This document shows, in pieces, positions 39,102 to 50,773 of a DNA stretch of 64,000 nucleotides. The first letter of the stretch is position 1, and each line of letters starts with the position of its first letter. Location: contig CT867989.1 in NCBI GenBank assembly GCA_000165425.1, forward strand, positions 62,001 through 126,000, given 5' to 3'. This DNA is from Paramecium tetraurelia. Taxonomy: Eukaryota. A program made the position numbers and the translations under genes. The notes beneath the pieces are model-generated. The model worked only from the letters and a program-made list of their open reading frames with translations, did not search any database and was not told the origin of the DNA.

Positions 39102-40075
39102 ATGAATTCTGAATTTGTTTTAGAGTAACTCGCCTTAGGCAAACGAATCGATGGTCGAGATCCATTACAATAAAGAATGATCTAATGTCATTTTGGGCCG
39201 TAGAGTACAGGGGCTGTTGAATTGAGTCTGGGGGAAACTAGAGTATCAAAAATCATTAAATTTAATTAAGGTATTCGCAACAACTAGTGCCTCAATAACA
39301 ACACCTAATCCAATAAGACCATCAGAAGGATTCCTTAAATTTCATTTGGATTTATAAGTGTTAAGAGATACTGGTTATATGCACAACCCAATTAAATTGG
39401 GCATGGAAATTGAAAAATACATTGAAAAAGTAATCAAGGGATCCAAGTATTAAATTTATTACATACAGAGCCCTTGATACTGAGTCATTATGTATATTGT
39501 CTGGCAAAAATGTGTGGTCAATAGATGTAAATGTAGCCTTAATTAATAATGATGGGAATCTCTTAGATGCCATGTATTTATGTTGCATTTTCTCACTTCA
39601 ACATTTCCGAAGACCATAAGTAAGTGTCTCCCTTTAAGGAGTAAAAGTTGAAGTTGAGAAACGATTGGTGCCATTAAGTATCCACCACATCCCTTTGAGT
39701 CTCACTTATGCTATATTGGAATTGAATGAATAAACCATTCTCTTATAAGACCCATGTGTAAGACTTTGCATTAATTCTTAGTTGGAAGAGGAAGCTGTTC
39801 AGAATGGAAGAATCACATACAGTGTCAACATTTATAATGATATTTGTCATGTCCACAAACCTGGAGGATCACCCATCAATATTTCAATATTACAATAATT
39901 GACAACGGTGACCTTGATGAAATCAAAGCCATATACAGAAGAAATCAGAAGTCTCTTAATCAACAATAAAGGTTTCCCAATGGAGAAGACAGTCACATTG
40001 TTCAAGTTTGAATTGCCTAAATAGGCCAACGATGCCATTTAAGTTGAGTAATTAGAGTAATTGTATAATTAATGA
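39102..40075 (+). CDS. RRP45: Exosome complex RNase PH subunit Rrp45
   Basis: RIDGR, LGETRV, PIRPSEG, ALDTESLCILSGKNVWSI, NNDGNLLDA, HFRRP, PLSIHHIP. Confidence 0.93.
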
Positions 40076-40111
40076 ATGATTAATAATTGTTATTTTGTTA
40101 TTATATAATTA

Positions 40112-40776
40112 ATGATTAATTAAAATCGAATTCCAAAGGGAGATCTTAAAAAAGTAGTGGATTCTCAATTTCATTATGAAAGAAGAAAATATATATTTTG
40201 GGCATTCAATACTTCATATTTGGGGATAGCTTTCTTTTAAATATATTCAGATGTAGTGATTGAAGGTGGAGAGAATCCTGCTTTATGTGTGGATACTGCC
40301 CTCCTGAATCATGATTTACAATGTCCAATAGGTTTATATAAAACTTTGGTGGCCTTGATTGTTGCTCATTTGATTTAGATGCTATCAGCAACTATAGGAT
40401 ATTTTGGAATCGATTAGAAGTCAAGAAAGATTAATAAATCGTATTCAAGTATGATGCTTATCATATTTATTAGTATTATTGATTGGTTCATACATTTATG
40501 ACTTGATAACATCGTTTATACTGTGGTTTTCATATAATACTTGGGATGACACGCCTTTTAGAAATACAAAAAATGAATTCTTAATGTTATCCATATTCTT
40601 CCCAGCATTAATGGCAGTGGTTGGATATTTCTGCTTAAGTTAATTCAAAAAAGCTACCTTTGAAAATGCACGTAAATACTGATATATTTATACATATAGA
40701 AATGTAATAAGCAAAGGATGAATTATTAGAAAAGTATCCGTAAATCGCATCAGATGTAGTCAAATTGTTTTTATGA
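40112..40776 (+). CDS. Four-TM membrane protein of unknown function
   Basis: MINQNRIPKGDL... with about four hydrophobic segments, ending ...SDVVKLFL-TGA; small introns. Confidence 0.6.
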
Positions 40777-40801
40777 TAAAAAAGATAACAAACAAAATTA
40801 A

Positions 40802-42572
40802 TCAAAACTCTAATTTTCTGATATACTCGAAATTTTCCTTTAAAAATTCCTTTTAAAATTTTTCAGGCCACTTCAATTCTTTAGCCATGATCTAGAACAC
40901 TTTCTCATACACATTAAAGATAGCATTCTAATCTAAGAAACCCAATCTTGTTCTCCTAAACAAAATGTCCTCAGGTTTTCTAGCTTGCTCATATCTAATC
41001 TGGTACAATATTTCTCCAACAGTATGGGGAAATTGTGGGTGCAAACTTTCCTTATTCTCTGGTTTTTCATGAACCAACTTTAAAACATCATATGCTCTGT
41101 CCCCATACGTTGTTAAGAAATAGGCTGCATAAGTTTAAGGTAAATTGAACATTTTCATCATATCTTAGATTTCCTTCTTATTATCAAATTATGTCCAATC
41201 ACCAACCAATTTGGGTAGATTCTCTAACCTTTTTTAATTGTTTCCAATTAATCCTTGAACCTTATCTACTGCTTATTCACCCATCAATCTAAAGATAGTC
41301 CATTTACCACCCATAACTGATACTAAACCACTTTTTGATACTTCTATTTCATGAGTTCGTGAAACTTCTTTTGTACTGAGAGCATTGCTTTAATAAACTA
41401 AAGGTCTCACTCCACACCATTTGGATTTTACATCTTTAGCTACTTCACTTGCATCAATTGCAAATTCATCACAAAATGATTACAATAACCATCTATATTC
41501 CTCTTTGCTTACTGTAGGATCACTAATTGCATTATCTAATTTTCGTTCAGTTGTTCCCATTATTATATTTCCTAACCATGGTAGCAGATAGAGAACTCTG
41601 CCATCATTAGTTTTTGGTATCAAATATCCCCACTAATGAGATCCATATTTTTGGGGCATGGTTAAGTGACTACCTGCTACTGAGACTATCCTCTTGCTAA
41701 CAGTTGGATCATCCATTAAACGTAAATTATCAGCCCAACCACCAGTTGCATTAACAACACATTTGCCTTTGATTTGAAATTGTTTCTATCCAATCTTGTC
41801 AAATGCTTGAACTCCTGTGATTTTATTTTATTCATTTTTTAATAAACCTTTAACTTCAACATAATTTGCCATGTTCTACCCTTATCAAATAACTCATAAT
41901 AATACCTTTTAGACTTGATGTAACTAGTAATTCTTAAACCATTCTGGCATCATTGAATTACCCATCATAATAAATGACCCCATAATTACATTTTGCAAAT
42001 TTAAAATGTTATTAAATTTCTTCTTTGCCAACTATTCTCGGAGGCTTAAAAGTATGTCCTCCTGTTTAGTAGTATAAGTAAACACAATGATAAATTAAAG
42101 ACCCAAAATAATAGTAACCCAAATCAAATAAATTTGTACAAGGTATCAAAGTAGGGAAATCTTATGTTAAATAAGAACACATTGATAAAAAGTTGGATCT
42201 CTCTCTTAATGCCTCTGCAACCAGTTACAACTTTTCCAATCTGTTTTTTTCCGACAATTGGAATACTTGTTACATGTACCTTACACCTCCATGAACTAAT
42301 TTTGTCGATTTGCTTGATGCACCACTTGCATAATCTTGCGACTCCAAAACTATTGATTTCAATCCTCTGTTAGCACAAGCAAGGGAAACACCTGCCCCAG
42401 TAGCTCCTCCCCCAACAATAATGACGTCGTATTCATTTAATAGTGCGTCAGCTAAATGTTCCTCTCTACTCTTCAATTTATAATGGATGTGCCTTGAATC
42501 TCCAGTACTTTATAATTAGACTTTTCGCTAGGTTAAAATTGAGGCTATTGCAACAAAGGCCACTCTATTCAT
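40802..42572 (-). CDS. GPD2: Mitochondrial FAD-dependent glycerol-3-phosphate dehydrogenase
   Basis: DVIIVGGGATGAGV, DYASGASSKSTKLVHGGVRYM, YYDGQFNDARM, VVNATGGWAD, WCGVRP, GGKWTIFRLM, EDILFRRTRLGFL. Confidence 0.96.
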
Positions 42573-43004
42573 AAATAATATTTTAATAAATAGATTTTTA
42601 ACTTAATAAAAACTAAAAATAGTCCAATTCATTCTGAAAATTTAATTAATTTAATACTTAAGTATTCATCTATTATTTAAATTAATATATATAATCTTTA
42701 TTTTATTAATCCTGCACTACTTTACTCTTCCAATAACTTTTTCTAGGATTAATTATCTTATAAAATGAATTCTCATTTTTTATCAATTTTGGTTTTATAA
42801 TATTATTAAAAATGATGGTTTAAGACCAACTACTTTATAATTAACAAATTCTCCATTATAGATATAATCAAACAACTAATAATGAGGTTTCTAGCTTTTA
42901 AGCTATTATTTTCGAATGATGTATTTTTGGATTTGTATGAGAATTAATGATTTTGGTAAAAATATATAAACTAATTTGATTTATTGAATTTTAATTAATA
43001 TTTA

Positions 43005-43574
43005 ATGGAAAAAACAATTACCATTATATTCTTGATTCTTCTAGCTATTGATTTTTTGAAACCTCAATAGAAGGAGGAATAATGGTAGGAGAGTTAAGAA
43101 TAAGTTGTAAATCCTCCTACAAGGAAACATGTTAATAATGGTAAAGTTGAAATTCTCATCTAATATTGCACAAGTTGATCTTACAAAGGGGCTTTTCAAT
43201 AAATGCAATAGGCAATATTTAGTTAGTTTGACGAAAGAGTGGAAGTGATGGGAATGCCATATCCATTGGGATAAGGCAAAGAGATATTAGTGCAGCTTCT
43301 AACAATAATCCAATATGGATTTATTGCTGGTTTGATTTTCTTCGACAAATAAATTAGTGAGATGAGTAACTTTTGGAGAACTAATATAAGTCCAAGCAGA
43401 TTAAAATATGGGTTTTTGGGTTATATTGCTCTTAATTTTGTTATTACCCAACTTTCATCATCAGGAGCATTTGAAATATTTGTAAATGATTAGTTAGTAC
43501 ATTCCAAAATCAGCAGTGGTTAGATGCCTACTATGGATACATTATTCAGAATTGTTAGGGAAAGACTATAATGA
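43005..43574 (+). CDS. SELENOT: Selenoprotein T (Rdx family, CxxU; TGA 43176-43178 read as Sec)
   Basis: Signal peptide; ILIQYCTS-TGA-SYKGAF; GMPYP; central hydrophobic helices; SSGAFEIFVNDQLVHSKISSGQMP; downstream SECIS. Confidence 0.92.
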
Positions 43575-43583
43575 AAATGGTTT

Positions 43584-43675
43584 GAAGGATCGATTATATA
43601 TGAGAATGAGAGATTTTAAGTAAAGAAAGTTAAAACTTAAGATTTTGATAAATATTGTTATATAATTGATTCTTT
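43584..43675 (+). promoter_or_regulatory. Eukaryotic SECIS element in the SelT 3' UTR
   Basis: ATGA core 43606-43609; 11-bp helix agattttaagt (43611-43621) pairing with acttaagattt (43635-43645); apical AAA 43622-43624; 3' TGAT 43646-43649; lower helix gatcgattatata/tatataattgatt. Confidence 0.9.
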
Positions 43676-43731
43676 TGTTATTAATTTATTAGTGATGGTC
43701 ATAATAATATTGCAAATTATAAAAATTACAT

Positions 43732-45582
43732 TCATTTCTTGGTCCAGGCGTGATAGAAAGCTGAGGAGGAGGATAGGGTAAAAAAAACACAATAAAATAT
43801 TGTCAGTAGTTTGGCTATGGACTTTGATATGATATAATGGTTTCTGACTGCCATAATTAATGTAAATAACAAATTAAGAAAGGCTGCTAGAATAACCATC
43901 AATTTGAAAGCATTTTACTCAATGTCAATTATACTAAACAAATTGAATTTGATGGGACCTTGATTCACAAAGTTCTGTTTCAAGAAGGCAACACTAAATC
44001 CAATCAAGTTTGTAAACATTTGACCAACTACAAATAGTTTTATCATTTTTACAATAAATTCCATTCAAAGCCATTATTGCTATAAATAGTGTTATTTCTT
44101 ACCATAACCTTCTTCAGCCAAAGAAACCAAGGTGATGCAATCTGGTAGTACATTCCCCATAGCAATCAAACTAAATCCCAAGTATGTTTTATTTAATTCT
44201 GTTATTATGCCCCAAAATTGAAGAAAATCTATTAATAAACCAGATAAAAAGAATATCCACACCAATGAACCTAAAATACAATATAGCTAAAGGTAGAAGA
44301 AATATTTTGGAGGAGTTTTTTAAGATGGGATTGTAGTATTTAAGAAAATAGAAATTCCGAATCCAAACAATAATGCTAAAAAGTAAACCCACCAATGAGG
44401 GAAGCTAAAAACAACAGAAACAAAAAAAATGGATCCTGGAATTGGAAAAACTAAAGCAATAATCAACTGATATTTACTTATTGCTTGATTTTTATCAAAC
44501 TAATCTTCCTTAGGTCCAGGCAATGTGTATTTGAATACTTACATCAAAGGGTAGATGATGATTGCCCTTATCTTCTCATATAATGACAGTCTTTCCCATT
44601 TCTACTTTTAAGTTTCAATATTGGCCATTGTCAACTGCACAGCAAATCTGAACTTTTTAGCTAGCATCTTCACTCTTGCATCTCCTGTTACATAATTTAA
44701 TCTAATTAGTGGAGTTGCCCATTTAACTGGCTTAGCAGCTAATTCCTATTCAGATTTCTTGTCCCAAAGATATAGCAATTTCATATCATCGAATTTCTAA
44801 GCAATCTCTAAATCATATTTAGCTTCATGAACCGTCTGCATTCTCTCACCCAAACTATCTTTTCTACTTTTCAATATTTTGTCTCTTTCTTAATAATAGA
44901 CCAAAGAAACTAGTAGCAAATATAAGACTGTTAATGAAATGCTAGAGAAGTAAGAGATTTAGCCAATAACTCCAAATACCATAATCACAAAAATAGAGAT
45001 TATTTGAAATCCAACATTTCTCCAAAAATGCACAGGATCCATTTTGATTTAAGATTTCGATGTTTTTGTTATTAGATACACGCCTATGCTGCATAAAAAC
45101 TAAAAATAAATTGAACAATCTATATTTTACAAATCCTGCTCCCATTGTGGCTCCAATATTATAATCAATCCCTCCTGGATAGGATGAAGCTACTAATGCA
45201 GTTAAAACGTCACCAGCCCCATTTCCAAATGCAAGTAATGTTACTCCTGCCATAATTTCTGAAACATCGAATTTCACTTTGACTGCTTCTAAAGATGGAA
45301 TTAGAAACTCTTTTATAATCTCGCTTATTCCATTATAGACCAAATAACCAACAAATCCAGACACAATTAAAGTGGTCTAAAAGTTAATGTTCTATTTACC
45401 ATAATTGAACCATTTAGCCAACAATAACTTAAAATGCTATAATTGAAGTAGAGGAAATCATGTTAGCAATACTGTTAGGCAATGTAACATTGTTAACTAT
45501 GCTCTGTTGCTGAAAGGAAATCAGCTTTTTGACATGAAAGAACTTTCGGCTCATAAGGAGCTGCAGATAAATGTTCTAACAT
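43732..45582 (-). CDS. Cation/Ca2+ exchanger (CCX/NCLX-like)
   Basis: Cys-rich N-terminus; AGVTLLAFGNGAGD (alpha-1); LGFSLIAMGNVLPD (alpha-2); GQMFTNLIG. Confidence 0.9.
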
Positions 45583-45590
45583 TAAAATTA

Positions 45591-46694
45591 ATGGGCAATA
45601 ATTGTACCTGTTGGAAACATGATTTACAAAATCAAATAGAACAAGATAAAAAATCTAAACCTAGATGGCAAAGCCTGGAGTTTTTGAAATCACAGGAGCA
45701 TAAAATAGTTAAAATGCAGTCTTGGATTCGTGGATGGTAAGCTCGTTAACGAGTTTGGAAGATTCAATTGCAGAAATATAATGACAGTGTCAATGAATAG
45801 TTAAGAACGTAGCCTCACTTTTAACAGTAGATATTCCGTCAGCGTGATTAATGTAGGATCTAGACAGCTAGCTCCATTCGATTTTGGCATTGACGATATT
45901 AATGATTCTCTCGTTCATTAAAAAGTACTCAAAGCACCAATGAAATTAGAAAATGGGTCCACCTATTTTGGAGAATGGATCAACGATTTAAGACATGGCA
46001 AAGGAATTCTAATTTGCGATGTAATTCCATTTATTTAAGAAAGGATGGTTCAAAATATGAAGGTTATTTTTACTAAGGAAACGCCCATGGGAGAGGAAGA
46101 TTAATACATTCAAATGGAGAAATCTATGAGGGCTAATGGGAGAATGATGAAGCTCATGGTTAAGGTACCTACATTCATGAAGATGGTGCAACTTATGTAG
46201 GATAGTGGGAGCATGACTTATAACATGGAAAAGGAAGTGAGAAGTGGCCAGATGGAAGGTGAGATTCATTTTTAACTGTAGTTTTTTTGAAGGAGCCTAT
46301 AAACAAGGCAAAAAGGAAGGATTAGGAAAATTTGTATGGGCAGATGGAGCAATTTATGATGGAGAATTTAGAAGCAATAATATAGATGGGTATGGTAAAT
46401 ACACTTGGCCAGATGGGAAGTAATATTTAGGCTATTGGTAAAATAACAAAAAGTAATCAAAAATAATAACTAATTAGAAATGGTAAAGGTAAGTACATAT
46501 GGCCTGATGGAAAAGTCTATGAGGGGGATTTCGTATTTGATCAAAAACACGGTTAAGGAACCTTGAGATTCCCAGATGGTAGAGTATATGAAGGAGAATG
46601 GTAGTAAGATAAACAGCATGGTCGGGCAATATTAAAATTACCTAATGGCAAAACTTCCTTTGGGGAATGGAAAAACGGAATTCGTATTAATTGA
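45591..46694 (+). CDS. IQ-motif + MORN-repeat protein with predicted N-terminal acylation
   Basis: MGNNCTCW (myristoylation/palmitoylation-like); MQSWIRGWQARQR IQ motif; many YEG.W...HG.G MORN repeats. Confidence 0.92.
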
Positions 46695-47388
46695 CATACT
46701 ATCAATCATTGGCTAAAATTATAATTCCAAAGTTTGTTTTTCTTCTCTATAAGATTTCTTTTCATTACATATTAATTCAGTTGAGTTAATTAAACTCCAT
46801 GAATAAATTTAGTTATGCTGGTTCAACAATTTTCTTTCGTTTAATTGCGTTTCTTAAGTTAAAAGAGAGAATTAGTAACTGCTACTAAAGTAATTTGAAA
46901 ATTGTTAATAAATTAACATTTGGTTTTATAATATATTTTTAGTTTTTTCATACTTTAACAGCTGGTTTCTTAATATAATTTAATAATTTATAAAGATCAT
47001 ATATCTTTAATTTACAAAGACATCAATCAAATAATACTTAAGATAGAATCAATCTTACAAGTTATACACTAAAATTTTTAGAAATTAAATTTAACCTTAT
47101 CTTATCAAAGATTCTACAAATTCTAATTATTGAAATGTCAAAGCTATATTAAATGATAAGGATTAGAATGTAAATTAGTTAATAAAAATTGTTTTTAATC
47201 ATGGAGTATTCAAAATTTATTAGATTTCATCTAAAATGGTTCTTATTGAGAATGCGATTAAACATTTGCTGTCTTTTGAATAGAACATTAAAATTGATTA
47301 TTCTTTTCAAAATATATTGTATGATGAATAAGAATATTTAAAAATATACAGTTATCAATAATGAAAACGGATTAATATAAATATAATA

Positions 47389-48601
47389 ATGAGAAAGCTT
47401 AGTCTTTTAATATTGGCACTCATCTATGTGAATGCCATTGATCCAACCATGGTGTAATTAGGAACAGCCAAACTTGATGAATTGAACTAAAGCAATTTGG
47501 GGAAAATGATCTTAGAGTTGGCATAAACTCATGCAGAAATGCGAGGACCATTAGGTAAGGTAAATTAAATTTAACAGGAGTCTAGATGATTTAGTGACTG
47601 CAATTGGGGATTTGGAAAATGAATTAACTGCTGAATTACAATAATTAGATGATGATTACACAAGATCAACTAATCAACATGCTGCTACACAAGAGAGTTT
47701 AGATATTCAAATAGGATAAACAGAAATTAATATCTTCAATTAAAAAGACTTTATTGATGCCATTCTTTTACCAAGCATTGATCAAACCAATTCCAAGATT
47801 GATAGATTGAATGGATACATAAATGATAATAGAGATAATTTATCAAAGGAAACAGTAAATAGATAAAAATAACATCAATAATTTTTAGATAGAGGTAATA
47901 ATTTATGATTATTTAAAAGTAAGTGAGCATCAAAGTGCTATAAGTGCAGTTGACGAAGCAATTCAATTGATTAATGCTTTAATAAATGGAAATATATCAT
48001 TTGCTGAAAAGGGAACCATAAACTAAGCAATAGAAAGAATCAATACTAAAACACAAAAGACTAATACAGTTCATCCAATTGTTTAAGCCCTTATGTCCTT
48101 AACTTAAAACTTTTCAGATCAAGAATAAGCTAAGAAAATCAGAGACTTATTGTCAGATACAAGGAATTAATTGGTAGCAAGCTTAAACTAAGAAACAGCT
48201 GATGAAAATTAAATTGAATAGACTTGGGTTGAAAGATAAAAAACTTTAAATACAGAATATCAAGAATTCAAAAGGTCTGTTTTGGAGGCTACTTATGTTT
48301 TAGCTACTTATTAGAGTAAGAAATTAAGTTATTTCAGGCAAATTAAAGTCAACAAGAGAAGCATTGGCTGAGAATGAGAATGATCTCTAAAGTTTTAAAG
48401 ATTCATTATGTAAGTCATTTTGAGATAATTTTTATAGAATAAGATAAAGATGCTTAAGCGTAGGAAACTTAAATTTACAATGAATTAAAGAGCCAATACT
48501 AAATTTAATTGTAAACAACAAGAAATGCTAAGGAATTTGTAAACTCTGCTGAGTTCAGTAATGTTATAAGATAAAAATTAAACTAAGGCGGATTAATCTG
48601 A
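47389..48601 (+). CDS. Trichocyst matrix protein / granule lattice (GRL) precursor
   Basis: Signal peptide; SNLGKMILELAQTHAEMRGPL; acidic coiled coils; AVDEAIQLI; PIVQALMSL..NFSDQEQAKKIRDLL, as in TMP/GRL proproteins. Confidence 0.85.
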
Positions 48602-49451
48602 TACATTTAATATAATTATCTAATATTAAACACAGATTTATATTATTACTTATTTATTATTATTGAAAGTTTTGAAGTTAAAAGTAATTAACTATCATTT
48701 ATTTAATTTTTTGAGTAATTTAATCTTATAAGTAAATATATTCATTATGATTAAAGTTCTTAATTATAATAGATGCAACTGGTTAATAATTTGATTTCCA
48801 TTAATCATCACAATTTCTATTTTCAAAAAGGATTTTTTATTAAGGTGAAGGTAATTTTTCATTAAACGAATAAATGATATATCTAATCGCCTGGAATTTA
48901 GAGTATTAATTTACATAAATGACCTCTAAAATACAAGATAAAGTTTACAAAAATATAATTCTATTTGTTTTAATTTTTTACAACAATACTCTTTATATAC
49001 ATTTCACAATAATATATAAATCCATTAATAGAATTTTTTGAACATGGATTTCTTGTTCTTTCTAATTTTCTTGAACCTTAATCCGTTTTGATAATGTATC
49101 TTTAGTCAATCTTAATTATTATTTAGTTTTTTAATCAATTCTTGGAGAACATATCAAATTTAATATCTTACTTATTTGTAATTTATTATCTTTTGATTCA
49201 AGAGTGATAGTTGAAATTTCGATCGCCAAAGGTTATTAAGATAACATATTTGCAATTCTTATTTAAAAGTAGAGAGAAATTGTTGTTCTTTAGTTTTTGA
49301 ATTAATTTTAATTCTTTTTGATTATTTTACATTATCTATACGAAGTAAATATAATTAAATAAATTTTAAATTTATTAATTTGTGGATTTGGAACATCCCA
49401 CGTATAAAAACTATTTTTTTAATGAATGCGAAAAATAATTTATAATATATT

Positions 49452-50683
49452 ATGTTAAATTAAATAAAAGACAAACCACTTTCTTAGCTAATACTTGAAC
49501 TATAATAAAAATACCAAGAGGACAATGAATAATCAGACATATTTTAATAGTTTTATTAGAAGAAATAGGAACAGGAGAGTTCAACAGATTCATCTCACTT
49601 TGTGCCTGCATTGCTTTCGGGGACTACTGGCTCTTAATCTTCAAATTCTCAAGAAAATAATAACAAAAATTAGGCATGCAAAAAAGGTATAAAAAAGGAA
49701 AAGAAATAGAAAAATACTGGAAAGGGAATCTAAGATAAGAAATAAGAATTACCTCAAACAAACGATAAAAAGACTGTATAAATGATCAAAAATAGAATAT
49801 CAGCCTAAAATTCAAGAGATAGAAAGAAAGCTTATTTATAAAAATTGGAAGAAGACTTTGTCAATTAATCTGCTCAATTAAACGAAATGCATGAACAAGT
49901 CAATCAATTATAATAATAATTAGAGGAAGCTCATAGAGTAAATTAACAGTTACAACAATAATACTCTGTTTTGACTTGCTTGAATTGTGGTAGTAGAAGT
50001 TTTGGATTTGATGATGAAGATCCAATTTTTGTCTCAAAGAATAAAAGTCTTGGAAAATTAGGATTATCATTTTTGTTTATCGTTGCACTCATTGCATGCA
50101 TATCTATTGATTTATATCCTTAAACACAAAATTTAAAGAGAATTGATTTTTAAGAAAACTAGAGTCGAAATTTAAATGCTAATGATAGTCATTTTCAGAT
50201 CTTTGATCATGTTTCATAAAGTAGAATAAGAGGTATGACTGAAATTATGGAATATAATTCAGAATATAATTATAAGTTTTTTGATACCACATACAGAGCG
50301 ATTTTACAAAGTGATGAAAGTTTAGTTAATGGATTGATTAATTTTAACAAAGAAAGGGTTAAAAATAATAATGGGAAAGCTTTGGCTCCTCTTAATTATC
50401 ATAAACCATTAGTTGATTCTCTCTATTGTCCTACAATATATAAGTACTAAAATCAAACATAGGGGTAAGACCTAAATATTATTTTATTAGTATTTAAGTG
50501 CATTACCAAGATAAACAATGGCTTCATTTGATTATTCCAAAGAATAGAGTTAAAATCTTTATTTAAAATACTGATAATTCAATCGTTTTAAAGGAAAGCT
50601 TTACTGAATCCAAAAATGAACATAGACAAATATATTAAGAAATTTGGTGTTAAATAAAGAGCGTCAGTGATTTCTTTATTTGA
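49452..50683 (+). CDS. Membrane-tethered bZIP transcription factor (ATF6/CREB3/bZIP28-like)
   Basis: bZIP basic region QMIKNRISAQNSRDRKKAYLQKLE, heptad zipper, single TM (LGLSFLFIVALIACISI), C-terminal domain ending WLHLIIPK...YQEIWCQIKS; one intron near 50465-50490. Confidence 0.85.
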
Positions 50684-50773
50684 TTATATCTTTTTCTTTA
50701 GATTATATTATAGAATGTTATATATAATTAATGTGTTCAATAATTTAGAAAAATGAATGTATATAAAGTACTT

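Noticed and set aside
49940..50050. IRE1-type (XBP1/bZIP60) unconventional intron before the bZIP TM segment
   Set aside because: No paired CNGNNG stem-loops visible; the long luminal domain fits proteolytic activation better.
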